From: an uncultured Phycisphaerales bacterium
GTDB lineage: Bacteria > Planctomycetota > Phycisphaerae > Phycisphaerales > SM1A02
Assembly: GCA_938084645.1 (NCBI GenBank)
Contig: CALKEP010000011.1
Span: 1 to 64,000 of the forward strand
Length of the DNA stretch: 64,000 nt
Direction: 5' to 3'
Shown here: one piece after another, positions 39,121 to 49,647 of the stretch
Layout of the letters: each line of letters opens with the position of its first letter
Position numbering within the stretch: position 1 is the first letter of the stretch
Notes under the pieces: model-generated
What the model was told of the DNA's origin: nothing
The model's input: the letters and a program-made list of their open reading frames with translations, nothing else
Databases searched by the model: none
Translations under genes and position numbers: made by a program

Positions 39121-42100
39121 TCAGAACTCGCACGCACCGATGATGTCGTCACCCGACGGGATGCCGACGACGCTTCCGATGACGAACGCCGCGAACGAGC
39201 CGCTGGTGGACGAGCCGAGGGTCGACGGCATGAAGTCGAACAGATCCTCGTCCGCGCCGGCGAGCCCCGTCACCGAGAAGGAGCCCCGAGTCGAAAGCGA
39301 GATGATTCCCAGCGCCTCGTTGATCGAGACCGCGTCGACGTCCTCGGCGCTCGAGGTCGAGAGCCCGACATCGCTTCCGTCGAAGTAGGGGGCGAACGTC
39401 CCGGCGGTCGTCGCACCGAGCGAGGAGGGGCTGAATGCGAGGAGATCCTCGTCGTTGCCCCGGACGGAACCGACCCGGTGGCCACCCTGCGTGGAAAGGA
39501 CGAGCGTCCCATCGTCGAGCACGTCGAGCCCGTCGATGTCCTCGCCGTTGGTCGTCAGGGCCACGTCACTGCCGTCGAACCAGAGCGAGAAGGAGCCTGC
39601 CGTCGCGGCGCCGAGCTGAGTCGGTGTGAAGCGGACGATGTCGGAGTCGTCGAAGGTGACGCCTCCGACGGTGCCCCCGGCCGTGAAGGAGAACAGGAGA
39701 TCGCCGTCGTCCAGGCGGTCGAGCGCGCTGATCCGGAAGCCGCCGAGTCCGACGTCACTGCCGTCGAACCAGAGGGTGGCTTCATTGGTCGCGAGATCGA
39801 TCGCCACGACGTCTTCGTCGCGGGCCACGCCGAACGAGAAGGTCGGGTTGCCCAGAATGGCGAGCAGCACAACATCTCCATCGTCGCCACCGCCACCGCC
39901 GCCGCCATCGTCAGGCTCGGTGATCGAAAGGGTGCCGGAACCCGCACCGTCGGCCGCGAATGCACCGATCACGACGATGTATTCCGTGCCGGCAACCGCG
40001 TCGAACGTGAGGCTCGAGGTCATCGCGGCGCAATCCGGACCGTCATCGTTGCACGCGATGCCGACGGTGTCGCTGCAATTCGCGAGCACCGCGATCCGGG
40101 TGTCGAAATCCGCCGCATCGCAGGTCGATACCGTGTGCGCCCCATCGACCGCCGCGGTGAAGCGGTACCAGTTCGCGTTGTAGATCGGTCCGCAATCACC
40201 GAGGGCGAGATCACCGCTCCCGACCGTGGTGCCGAAGTCCGTCTCACCGAGGGCGACCGTCGTCGCCTCGTCGCAGGGGTTTCCACCACCACCGCCACCA
40301 CCGCCGCCGCCGTCATCGGGTTCCGTGAGGGCGAGCGAACCACTTCCCGTGTTTCCACTGCTGTAGCCACCGAGCGCGATCACGTAGGTCTCGCCGGCCA
40401 CGCCATCGAAGTCGAGTGCCGACGTGTATCCGGAGCATCCGGAGGCGTCGTCGTTGCAGGCGATGACCGAGGCGACGTCGCAGGTGCCGAACACCGCGAT
40501 CTTGGTGTCGAAGTTCGCGGCGTTGCAGGTGGAGAGGGTGTGGGTACCGGTGACGGACGCCGTGAAGGCGTACCAGTTCACGTCATAGATCGAGCCGCAT
40601 CCCCCGGGGGCCACGTTGCCGGCCCCGGCCGTGGTGCTGAACGGCGTCGTTCCGGCCTGGATCGCGATCGCGTTGTCACATGGTGTTCCACCGCCACCGC
40701 CACCACCGCCACCACCACCGCCCGAGATCGCGGCGAGTGCATTGGCCGCGTTCACCCGACCGGATCCCATCTGGCCGCTGAACGAGGAGATCGGGTCGGC
40801 GGAGTCGCGAATCGCCGCCCAGACCTCGGCTGCGGTCGCGGTCGGCGACTGTGACCAGGTGAGCGCCGCGACGCTCGCGACCAGCGGAGTCGCCATCGAC
40901 GTGCCGCTGAGATAGGCGTATCCGTCGGCGTTCGGGGAGTTGCTGTCGTGGTAGGTGGCGAGGATGCTCACGCCCGGGGCGCTGATGTCCACCCACGATC
41001 CGTAGCTCGAGAATGACGCCTTGGAGTCATCGGTGTCCAGGGCGCCGACGGAGTAGCAGTCGCTCCGGGAGTTGACGTAGCCCTGGCTCGTGTTGTTGCT
41101 GTTGCCCGCGGCCACGAAGACGATTCCGCCCGACGCGATGAAGTAGTCGATCGCCGCGGCGAGCCCGCCGCTGTTCGAACTTCCCCAGCTGCAGCTCGCG
41201 ATCCTGGCGCCGTTCTGCGCGGCGTAGTAGAACGCTTCGGCGGCGGCGGCCATGCCCACGAACCCGGCTTCGGATCCGTTGTAGTTCGAGGAGTGCCCCA
41301 TCTTGAGAGCCATGATGCGGACGCCGTTGCCGGTGGTGGAGGGGCTGCCGTTCCCGAATCCGCCGGCCGGACTGGCCACGCCGGTGCCGTTGTTGTTCAT
41401 CGCGCCGACGATGCCGGCGCAGTGGGTTCCGTGCCCGTTGAAGTCGCGTGGGTCGTTGTCGGCGCCGTTGCAGTCCTCGCCCGGCCAGCAGCCGAAGCCG
41501 TACAGGGGACTCGTGATGAAGTCGTATCCGACGATGTCGTCGACGAAGCCGTTGCCGTCGTCGTCGACTCCGGGCGTTCCGTTCGCCTCGGCCTGATTGC
41601 GCCACATGTTTCCGCCGGCCGATCCGAGGTCTCCCGCGACCGCGGCGTTCCCCGCGAGATCGTCGTGATACCACTGGACGCCGGTGTCGAGGACCGCGAC
41701 CACGACCGAAGCGTCACCGGTCTGCACGTCCCACGCTTCGGGCGCGTCGACGTCGGCGTCGTTGGCCTGGGAGAGATGCCAGCAACTGGCGAGATAGGGG
41801 TCGTTCGTGGTGGCATGCACGGGGTGCACGCCGATCGGCTCTGCATTCCTGACCAGCGGGTGCGCCAGGGCGAGGGCGAGCGCGCCGTCGAGGCCGCCGG
41901 GGACCGCGGCGGGGTCGATCGTCACCACGTGATGATTCGAAAGGTCGGGGCGGCCGTCCTTGGGAGCGACGGGTGCGTTGGGGAACTGGGGTCTGATCGC
42001 GCGCGATCCGATCAGTTCCAGCAACGTGGCGGTCTCGGGCGAGCCGGCGCGGATCGAGACGCCGTCGTTCCGGCTCTCGAGAATCGCACGGGTTCCAGCC

Positions 42101-42273
42101 CGCCTGAATTCGATCACCAGCTGATCGGGGACGACCAGATCCGCCGGGACGTCGGCGTTCGGGGCGGCGATGACGCGGGGAGCGGCATCGCGAGCAGGGG
42201 TCGTGGGTGGAATCGCCGCGATCGTCGCGGTACAGACGCCGATGGCGAGGATCGAGCTGGCGGTGGTCTTCAT
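39121..42273 (-). CDS. Secreted S8 (subtilisin-like) serine peptidase with two tandem Cys-containing domains and C-terminal FDGSDVGL repeats
   Basis: Triad motifs VLDTGV, NGHGTHCAG, SGTSMATP; signal peptide MKTTASSILAIGV; poly-Gly linkers. Confidence 0.95.
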   Translation of the reverse strand: MKTTASSILAIGVCTATIAAIPPTTPARDAAPRVIAAPNADVPADLVVPDQLVIEFRRAGTRAILESRNDGVSIRAGSPETATLLELIGSRAIRPQFPNAPVAPKDGRPDLSNHHVVTIDPAAVPGGLDGALALALAHPLVRNAEPIGVHPVHATTNDPYLASCWHLSQANDADVDAPEAWDVQTGDASVVVAVLDTGVQWYHDDLAGNAAVAGDLGSAGGNMWRNQAEANGTPGVDDDGNGFVDDIVGYDFITSPLYGFGCWPGEDCNGADNDPRDFNGHGTHCAGIVGAMNNNGTGVASPAGGFGNGSPSTTGNGVRIMALKMGHSSNYNGSEAGFVGMAAAAEAFYYAAQNGARIASCSWGSSNSGGLAAAIDYFIASGGIVFVAAGNSNNTSQGYVNSRSDCYSVGALDTDDSKASFSSYGSWVDISAPGVSILATYHDSNSPNADGYAYLSGTSMATPLVASVAALTWSQSPTATAAEVWAAIRDSADPISSFSGQMGSGRVNAANALAAISGGGGGGGGGGGGTPCDNAIAIQAGTTPFSTTAGAGNVAPGGCGSIYDVNWYAFTASVTGTHTLSTCNAANFDTKIAVFGTCDVASVIACNDDASGCSGYTSALDFDGVAGETYVIALGGYSSGNTGSGSLALTEPDDGGGGGGGGGGNPCDEATTVALGETDFGTTVGSGDLALGDCGPIYNANWYRFTAAVDGAHTVSTCDAADFDTRIAVLANCSDTVGIACNDDGPDCAAMTSSLTFDAVAGTEYIVVIGAFAADGAGSGTLSITEPDDGGGGGGGDDGDVVLLAILGNPTFSFGVARDEDVVAIDLATNEATLWFDGSDVGLGGFRISALDRLDDGDLLFSFTAGGTVGGVTFDDSDIVRFTPTQLGAATAGSFSLWFDGSDVALTTNGEDIDGLDVLDDGTLVLSTQGGHRVGSVRGNDEDLLAFSPSSLGATTAGTFAPYFDGSDVGLSTSSAEDVDAVSINEALGIISLSTRGSFSVTGLAGADEDLFDFMPSTLGSSTSGSFAAFVIGSVVGIPSGDDIIGACEF

Positions 42274-42700
42274 GTTCCGGCTCCGGAAAGTGCGAGTGCA
42301 GGCAGTCGCCAGGCACTCGAGGTAAGGACTGGGTCGGTGGACGATCCGACGCAGGCTTCGAACTGGAGAGTGCTCGTGGGACCTTCGTCCGGGCGGACGA
42401 CCACGTCCCGCTGGGCCGCCCCGGAAGAAGGGCGCCTCGCAGGCCGATTGATCATGTCTGGCGGCAGTGAGCCGATTTTGGACATGTCGTTCCCCGAGAA
42501 CCTGAGGCACTGGGGCCGGCGTGGATGACGACGGCGGGTCCGATGCCTCGGTCGCTGGAAACTACCGGCCCGCCTCTGAAATTGACATCGTAAAACCCCC
42601 AGATTCCCCAGATTGCCATCGAAGCGGGGCTCAGGGCCGGAAACCGGCGGTCCCGCTACCATCGCGACCCCGATCACCGAACCGAACCTCCGAGGTCGCC

Positions 42701-43564
42701 ATGTCCCACGAAGTCAACAGCATCGCCGTCATCGGCGCCGGAACCATGGGTTCCGGCATCGCCCTCATCGCCGCCACCAGCGGCATCGACGCCTTCCAGG
42801 TCGACGTCTCGACCGAGCAGCTGGAGCGGGCGAAGGCCTACCACGCGAAGGTCCTCGGACGGAACGTCCAGAAGGAACGCATGACACAGGCGGAGATGGA
42901 CGCGGCGCTCGCGCGCATCAGTTACGTCGGCGACATGGCAGACGCCGGGGTCGCGGACTGGGCGGTGGAAGCGGCCACCGAGAATCCCGAGGTCAAGGCG
43001 AAGATCTTCCAATCGATGCGGGCGACGTTTCCCGAGCACGCGGTGCTCGCGACGAACACCAGCTCGATCTCCATCACGCGGATCGCGACCGCGACGGGTG
43101 ATGCCGCGGATCGTGTCGTCGGCATGCACTTCTTCAATCCGGTTCCGGTGATGAAGCTGGTCGAGGTCATCAAGGGACTCGCGACGAGTGAAGAGACCGT
43201 CGCCCGGACGGTGGCGCTCGCCGAGCGGATGGGCAAGACGCCGATTCCCGCCAACGATCGCGCCGGCTTCGTCTCCAATCGCGTCCTCATGCCGCTCATC
43301 AACGAGGCCTTCCTCGCCTGGATGGAGGGTGTGGCCGAGCCCGAGGCGATCGACGAGATCATGAAGCTGGGTTGCAACTTCCCGATGGGGCCGCTTCGGC
43401 TCGCCGACTTCATCGGCCTCGACGTCTGCCACGACATCATGATGGTGCTCTACCGGGAGCTGGGCGACCAGAAGTTCTTCCCCTGCCCGCTGCTCCGGCA
43501 GCTGGTGACCGCCGGCCGACTCGGCGACAAGTCCGGACACGGGGTCTACGACCACAGCCGGTGA
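42701..43564 (+). CDS. hbd: 3-hydroxybutyryl-CoA (3-hydroxyacyl-CoA) dehydrogenase
   Basis: GAGTMGSGIA, VEAATEN, ATNTSSISIT, GMHFFNPVPVMKLVE, GFVSNR, PMGPL.LADFIGLD; GAGG RBS. Confidence 0.95.
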   Translation: MSHEVNSIAVIGAGTMGSGIALIAATSGIDAFQVDVSTEQLERAKAYHAKVLGRNVQKERMTQAEMDAALARISYVGDMADAGVADWAVEAATENPEVKAKIFQSMRATFPEHAVLATNTSSISITRIATATGDAADRVVGMHFFNPVPVMKLVEVIKGLATSEETVARTVALAERMGKTPIPANDRAGFVSNRVLMPLINEAFLAWMEGVAEPEAIDEIMKLGCNFPMGPLRLADFIGLDVCHDIMMVLYRELGDQKFFPCPLLRQLVTAGRLGDKSGHGVYDHSR

Positions 43565-43598
43565 CGGAGTGCGGCCCGCGGTCCCGCGACCCGGCCCG

Positions 43599-45104
43599 CT
43601 AGTAGGCCCAGTTGCCCAGCAGGATCGCCAGGTCGCCGCCGTCGACGATGCCGTCGCCGTTGAAATCGCCGCCGTCGCTCCCGTCGGTCCCCCAGAGGGA
43701 GTTGAAGTGGCCGAGATCGACGCCGTTGACCACGCCGTCGCCGTCGACGTCGCCGGCAAGCAGTTCGCATGCGTCGGGGATGCCGTCCCCGTCGCTGTCG
43801 CCCACCCCGCCTTCGAGGATCTCCGCCGCATCGAGTCGGCCGTTGCCGTCGCAGTCCGGGAGCGGAAACTCGAGGACCTGGCCTGCATCGAGGCCGCCCG
43901 CATCGGCGCGGGGCGCGGAGACGAGGATCCGATCGGTGTCGAGGGCCGCGCCGATGCCGAAGAAGGCCGAAGCCTCGGCCGCTTCGGGCCGCAGGCGAAC
44001 CGCGGGACCCCACTCGAGATCGTCGTGTTCGAGGATCCATCCGCTTCCCGCCTCGATCATGCCGTCCACCTCGGAGGCATAGCCTCCGGCGTAGAGCCGG
44101 TCGCCGTCCGCGGAAAGGGTGCAGGGAAATCCGAAGCCCTTGATTCCCGTCGGGTCCTCGGGGCCGATCAGTCGGTCGAACCATGGCTGCCCGCCGATGA
44201 TCCGGTAGGCGTGCACGGCGCCGACGTCGACCCCGAAGGCGTCTTCGAAGGGCGCGCCGACGACGAGCCGATCGCCCGCGAGATCGATCCACTCTCCAAA
44301 GACCTGATAGGGCTCCGGCTGCGCCGGGATCAACATCGTGTCGAGCTCCCACAGATCGCCGACGGGACGATGCAGGGCCACGCCTCCGTGTCGGAATCCG
44401 GCCTGCCCGACGAGTCCGGACGTGCCGATCGCGAGCAGGTCGCCCCTCGCCGCCACGGATCGTCCGAAGTACGCCGCGACGTGCGGTCCGGGGAGGCCGA
44501 GTCGCTGCCGTGCCACCCATCCCTCCGCCTCCCGATGGAAGATCCAGACGCCGCCTTCCGCGTCCTCCTCGATCGATTCGAGGTAGGCGCCGACGACGAT
44601 CTCTTCGTTCGAACGCCCGAAACAGACGGACAGGCCGAAGAGCGCATTCGAATTCTCCGCGACCGGGGGAAGCAGTTTCGCCTCGAACGTCCAGGTCTCG
44701 TCCAGAAGTCGGAACACGTAGGCGGCACCCGACCAGAATCCGAGATCGTCGTCACCGGGAGCGCCGACGACCATCACGTCCTCCCGGATGGTCACGGGAA
44801 GACCGAAGTGGTCTCCGGCCGCCGCGTCCGGGGCGACGAGCACCTGTCGATGGGCCCAGGCGTCGCCCTCGCGTCGATAGACGTGCACGGTCCCGGGTTC
44901 GGCCACGTGAGCGTCCCGGTCGGCGCCGATCGCGAGCCATTCGCCCTCGAGATCGAGCCTGTTTCCGAAGGTTGCGCCCTCGATCGACTCGGGCGGCGAC
45001 ACGCTTCCCGACGGCGGAAGATCCGCCGTGGTGGGGGTGCCGTGACAGGCGAGGACCCCGATGGCGATGAGGATCGGGCGGCGAGAGGGCGCAATCGATG
45101 ACAT
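43599..45104 (-). CDS. Secreted FG-GAP (integrin-alpha-like beta-propeller) protein with C-terminal dockerin-like domain
   Basis: Repeated FG..V...GD..VVGAP, DCDGNG..D, DSDGDGIPDACE, GDVDGDG.VNG.DL, DGGDLAILLGNW. Confidence 0.88.
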   Translation of the reverse strand: MSSIAPSRRPILIAIGVLACHGTPTTADLPPSGSVSPPESIEGATFGNRLDLEGEWLAIGADRDAHVAEPGTVHVYRREGDAWAHRQVLVAPDAAAGDHFGLPVTIREDVMVVGAPGDDDLGFWSGAAYVFRLLDETWTFEAKLLPPVAENSNALFGLSVCFGRSNEEIVVGAYLESIEEDAEGGVWIFHREAEGWVARQRLGLPGPHVAAYFGRSVAARGDLLAIGTSGLVGQAGFRHGGVALHRPVGDLWELDTMLIPAQPEPYQVFGEWIDLAGDRLVVGAPFEDAFGVDVGAVHAYRIIGGQPWFDRLIGPEDPTGIKGFGFPCTLSADGDRLYAGGYASEVDGMIEAGSGWILEHDDLEWGPAVRLRPEAAEASAFFGIGAALDTDRILVSAPRADAGGLDAGQVLEFPLPDCDGNGRLDAAEILEGGVGDSDGDGIPDACELLAGDVDGDGVVNGVDLGHFNSLWGTDGSDGGDFNGDGIVDGGDLAILLGNWAY

Positions 45105-45340
45105 GAGCAGGCTCCATCGGAGCCATGGCAGGCCCCGAACCCCGGGAATGAACCTCTCGCTCGACCTCAGGTCGTCCGGAAACATCCCCGGGAACCACCT
45201 GCACGATCCACGGTAGGCGTCGTCCATTCATTCGTGACGGGAATCGGAGACGAAAACCGCGCGGAACCACGGTTGATAGGAATCCGGGCCCCGCTGCCGA
45301 TATCATGCAGGAGCCTCTTCAAACCTTCGTACGAGCAACC

Positions 45341-47014
45341 ATGAGCACCCTGAACCCTTCGAACGCCGCTGGTCAGTCCTCACCCGATCGTCCGGACCCC
45401 GAGACCGTCTCGCTCTCGGGCTACGAGATCGACGGCCTCTACGGTCCGGGTTCCGTTCCGACGACGGATCCCAAGGATCCCAGCCGCGCCGACGCGAGGA
45501 TCGCGACGCCCGGTGAGTACCCCTTCACCCGAGGCGTGCATCCCACGATGTACCGGTCCCGGCTTTGGACGATGCGACAGTTCGCGGGCTTCGGCTCGGC
45601 GGACGACACGAACGCTCGATTCAAGTACCTCCTCGAGAATGCCACCGGCACCAAGGCGAACACCGGGCTCTCCACCGCCTTCGACCTTCCGACGCTGATG
45701 GGACGGGACTCGGACGACCCGCTTTCCTCCGGCGAAGTCGGTCGATGCGGCGTCGCGATCGACACCATCGACGACATGCATCGCCTGTACGCGGACATCC
45801 CGGTCGGTGACGTCACGGTGAGTCAGACCATCAACGGTCCGGCGTGCGTGATCTGGGCGATGTATCTGGGCATGGCCCGGGAACGCGGGATCGACTGGAA
45901 GGATCTCGGCGGCACGCTGCAGAACGACATTCTGAAGGAGTTCCACAGTCAGAACGAGTTCATCTACCCGCCCGAGGCGAGCGTGAAGCTGGTGGTGGAC
46001 ACCATCGAGTACGCCGCGAAGCACGTGCCGCGCTGGAACTCGGTCTCGATCTCCGGATACCACATCCGCGAATCCGGATCGACCGCGACCCAGGAACTCG
46101 CGTTCACCCTCCGCGACGGCATGGAATACGTCGAAGCCGCGATGTCCCGCGGACTCGACGTCGATCTCTTCGCGCCGCGGCTGTCCTTCTTCTTCAACAG
46201 CCACAACGAGTTCTTCGAGGAGATCTGCAAGCTCCGGGCCGCCCGCCGGATCTGGGCGAAGGCGATGAAGGAGCGATTCGGTGCGAAGAACGAACGATCG
46301 TGGTGGATGCGGACGCACGTGCAGACCGCGGGTTGCTCGCTCACCGAACAGCAGCCGCTCAACAACGTGATCCGGGTCGCCTACCAGGCGATGGCGGGGG
46401 TGCTGGGGGGCTGCCAGAGCCTGCACACCGATTCGATGGACGAGACGCTGGGACTGCCGACCGAGACCGCGGTCCGGGTCGCGTTGCGGACCCAGCAGAT
46501 CCTCGCCCACGAGACCGGAGTGCACCGGACCGTCGATCCGCTCGGCGGTTCGTGGTTCGTCGAGGCGCTCACCGACCGCATGGAGGCCGATGCCGACGAG
46601 ATCATCTCGACGATCGACGACATGGGTGGGGTCGTCTCCGGAATCCACAAGGGGTACTTCCGGCGGGCGATCGCCGAAGCGAGCTATCGAGTCGGCCAGG
46701 AGATGGAAGCCGGCGATCGGGTGGTGGTGGGGGTCAACGCCTACACCGATGGCAACGACTCCCAGCAGGTCGAGATCCTGCAGATTCCCCATGAAGTCGA
46801 ATCCGTCCAGTGCGATCGGCTCGCCGCCTACCGACGGGACCGGGACGCGGACGCCGTGGCCCGCTCGCTCGATGCGATCCGGGAGGCCGCCCGAGCCGGT
46901 GAGAACGTGATGGACGGCCTCATCGAAGCGTCGCTCCAGCGTTGCACGCTCGGAGAGATGGTCCAGGCGCTCGGGGACATCTATGGCCGGTACACCGGCG
47001 GGCCGGAATGGTGA
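45341..47014 (+). CDS. B12-dependent acyl-CoA mutase large (substrate-binding) subunit with isobutyryl-CoA-mutase-type residues
   Basis: PGEYPFTRGV, WTMRQFAGFG, GLSTAFDLPT, QNDILKEFHSQ, SISGYHIRE, DPLGGSW; no DxHxxG B12-binding domain. Confidence 0.93.
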   Translation: MSTLNPSNAAGQSSPDRPDPETVSLSGYEIDGLYGPGSVPTTDPKDPSRADARIATPGEYPFTRGVHPTMYRSRLWTMRQFAGFGSADDTNARFKYLLENATGTKANTGLSTAFDLPTLMGRDSDDPLSSGEVGRCGVAIDTIDDMHRLYADIPVGDVTVSQTINGPACVIWAMYLGMARERGIDWKDLGGTLQNDILKEFHSQNEFIYPPEASVKLVVDTIEYAAKHVPRWNSVSISGYHIRESGSTATQELAFTLRDGMEYVEAAMSRGLDVDLFAPRLSFFFNSHNEFFEEICKLRAARRIWAKAMKERFGAKNERSWWMRTHVQTAGCSLTEQQPLNNVIRVAYQAMAGVLGGCQSLHTDSMDETLGLPTETAVRVALRTQQILAHETGVHRTVDPLGGSWFVEALTDRMEADADEIISTIDDMGGVVSGIHKGYFRRAIAEASYRVGQEMEAGDRVVVGVNAYTDGNDSQQVEILQIPHEVESVQCDRLAAYRRDRDADAVARSLDAIREAARAGENVMDGLIEASLQRCTLGEMVQALGDIYGRYTGGPEW

Positions 47015-47310
47015 GTCGGGTCCGATGGCCGTCTCGGGCTGCCTTCGGCGGCTCAGCGCAAGATCAGCCCGAAGATCGGCCCTGAACGCCGTCAAACGAA
47101 GGTTGATCACCGGGGTGAGCCGCCTTGCCTCATCCGTTCACCCTCGAATCGGGTCCATTCGCCCGCTTTTTTCGGTGAAGCTTGACGATTTCGCGTACCA
47201 TCCGCCGTTCGATGGGGTGTCCGGATTGCCGGATACATCGAAACCTCCGAGCGCAGATTCGCCCTGATGGTCGCTTTCGGAAATCGCACAGCAGGGCAGA
47301 GATCACGCTC

Positions 47311-47649
47311 ATGAAGCTCTTCGTTGGAAACCTCCCCTTTAGCGCTACTGAAAACGAAATCCGCGACGCCTTCGAGGCCCACGGTGAAGTTTCGGATGTC
47401 GCCGTCATCACCGACCGCGAAACCGGTCGCCCCCGTGGATTCGCGTTCGTCGAAATGGCCGACTCCGGTCAGGCCAACGCGGCGATCGAAGCCCTGAATG
47501 GCCAGGACTTCGGTGGTCGTTCCATCAACGTCAACGAGGCCCGTCCTCGTGAGGATCGTCCTCGTGGCGGCGGCGGCGGTGGTGGCTACGGCGGTGGCGG
47601 TGGCCGTGGCGGCGGCGGCGGCGGCGGTGGCCGCGGCGGTTGGCGCTGA
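47311..47649 (+). CDS. RRM RNA-binding protein with Gly/Arg-rich tail
   Basis: RNP2 LFVGNL, RNP1 RGFAFVEM, VNEARPRE, GGGRGG tail. Confidence 0.96.
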   Translation: MKLFVGNLPFSATENEIRDAFEAHGEVSDVAVITDRETGRPRGFAFVEMADSGQANAAIEALNGQDFGGRSINVNEARPREDRPRGGGGGGGYGGGGGRGGGGGGGGRGGWR

Positions 47650-47683
47650 ATATCGCATCCGCGATATCATGAAGTTCGAAGAT

Positions 47684-47717
47684 GCGGGCGGCGCTTCGGC
47701 GTCGCCCGCTTTCCTTC
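47684..47717 (+). terminator. Rho-independent terminator after the RRM gene
   Basis: GCGGGCGGCGC-TTCG-GCGTCGCCCGC followed by TTTCCTTC. Confidence 0.75.
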
Positions 47718-47751
47718 TCCAGATCGCACCTCGCAACCGAGTGTCACATCC

Positions 47752-48765
<1,014 letters not shown>

Positions 48766-48832
48766 CTCGGCCGATCGTGATTCGTTCCGGCACCCGGGTG
48801 TGGTAGCCTCCGATCCTGGAGATGCCGATCCC

Positions 48833-49627
48833 ATGACCCGCGAAGCCCGCGACGACTCGACGCCATCCGCAGATCAGTTCTCCCTCGACGGCCGAACGGC
48901 GCTCGTGACCGGTTCCACCACCGGGCTCGGGCTCGCGATCGCGGAGAGTCTCGGCGACGCCGGTGCGAAGGTCGCGCTCAACTACTTCAACGATCGGGAC
49001 CGCGGGGAGGCGGCGTTCGAGCGGTATCTCGCCCGCGGTGCGGCGGGATGCCTGGTCCGTGGTTCCGTGATCGATGGATCCGAGATCGATCGGATCGTCG
49101 AGGAAGTGGAGTCTGTGCTGGGTGGCATCGACATTCTCGTGGTGAATGCGACGCCGGATCAGCCGCACCATCCCATCGAGGAATACGACTGGGCCTTCCA
49201 CCAGTCGATGATCGACTACTTCGTCAAGAGTCCCTATCTCCTCGCCCGAGCGGTGCTTCCCCGCATGAAGGAACGTCGCTGGGGTCGGATCATCAACCTC
49301 GGCAGCGAGGTCCTCACCCGTGGCCTCGGGAACTTCAGCCCGTATCTCGCGGCCAAGGGCGGCCAGAACGGCTGGAACCGCTCCATGGCCACCGAGCTCG
49401 CACCCTGGGGAATCACGGTCAACATGGTCTCGCCGGGTTGGATCCCGGTCGAGCGTCACGAAAAGGATCCCCAGTCGGAGAAGGACGACTACTTCGCCCA
49501 GATTCCGATGGGAAGATGGGGGGTGCCGCGAGATGTCGGCGGCACCGTGACCTTCCTCGCCGGTGACGCCGCGAGCTTCGTCACGGGACAGAACATCCAC
49601 GTCAACGGCGGCATGACCGTTCACTGA
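48833..49627 (+). CDS. Short-chain dehydrogenase/reductase (FabG-like)
   Basis: TGSTTGLG, GRIINLGS, YLAAK, ITVNMVSPG, FVTGQNIHVNGG. Confidence 0.93.
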   Translation: MTREARDDSTPSADQFSLDGRTALVTGSTTGLGLAIAESLGDAGAKVALNYFNDRDRGEAAFERYLARGAAGCLVRGSVIDGSEIDRIVEEVESVLGGIDILVVNATPDQPHHPIEEYDWAFHQSMIDYFVKSPYLLARAVLPRMKERRWGRIINLGSEVLTRGLGNFSPYLAAKGGQNGWNRSMATELAPWGITVNMVSPGWIPVERHEKDPQSEKDDYFAQIPMGRWGVPRDVGGTVTFLAGDAASFVTGQNIHVNGGMTVH

Positions 49628-49647
49628 TTCGCAGGAGAAATCCAGGC

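Noticed and set aside
42582..42615. Perfect TTGACA upstream of hbd
   Set aside because: No convincing -10 hexamer at 16-18 nt spacing
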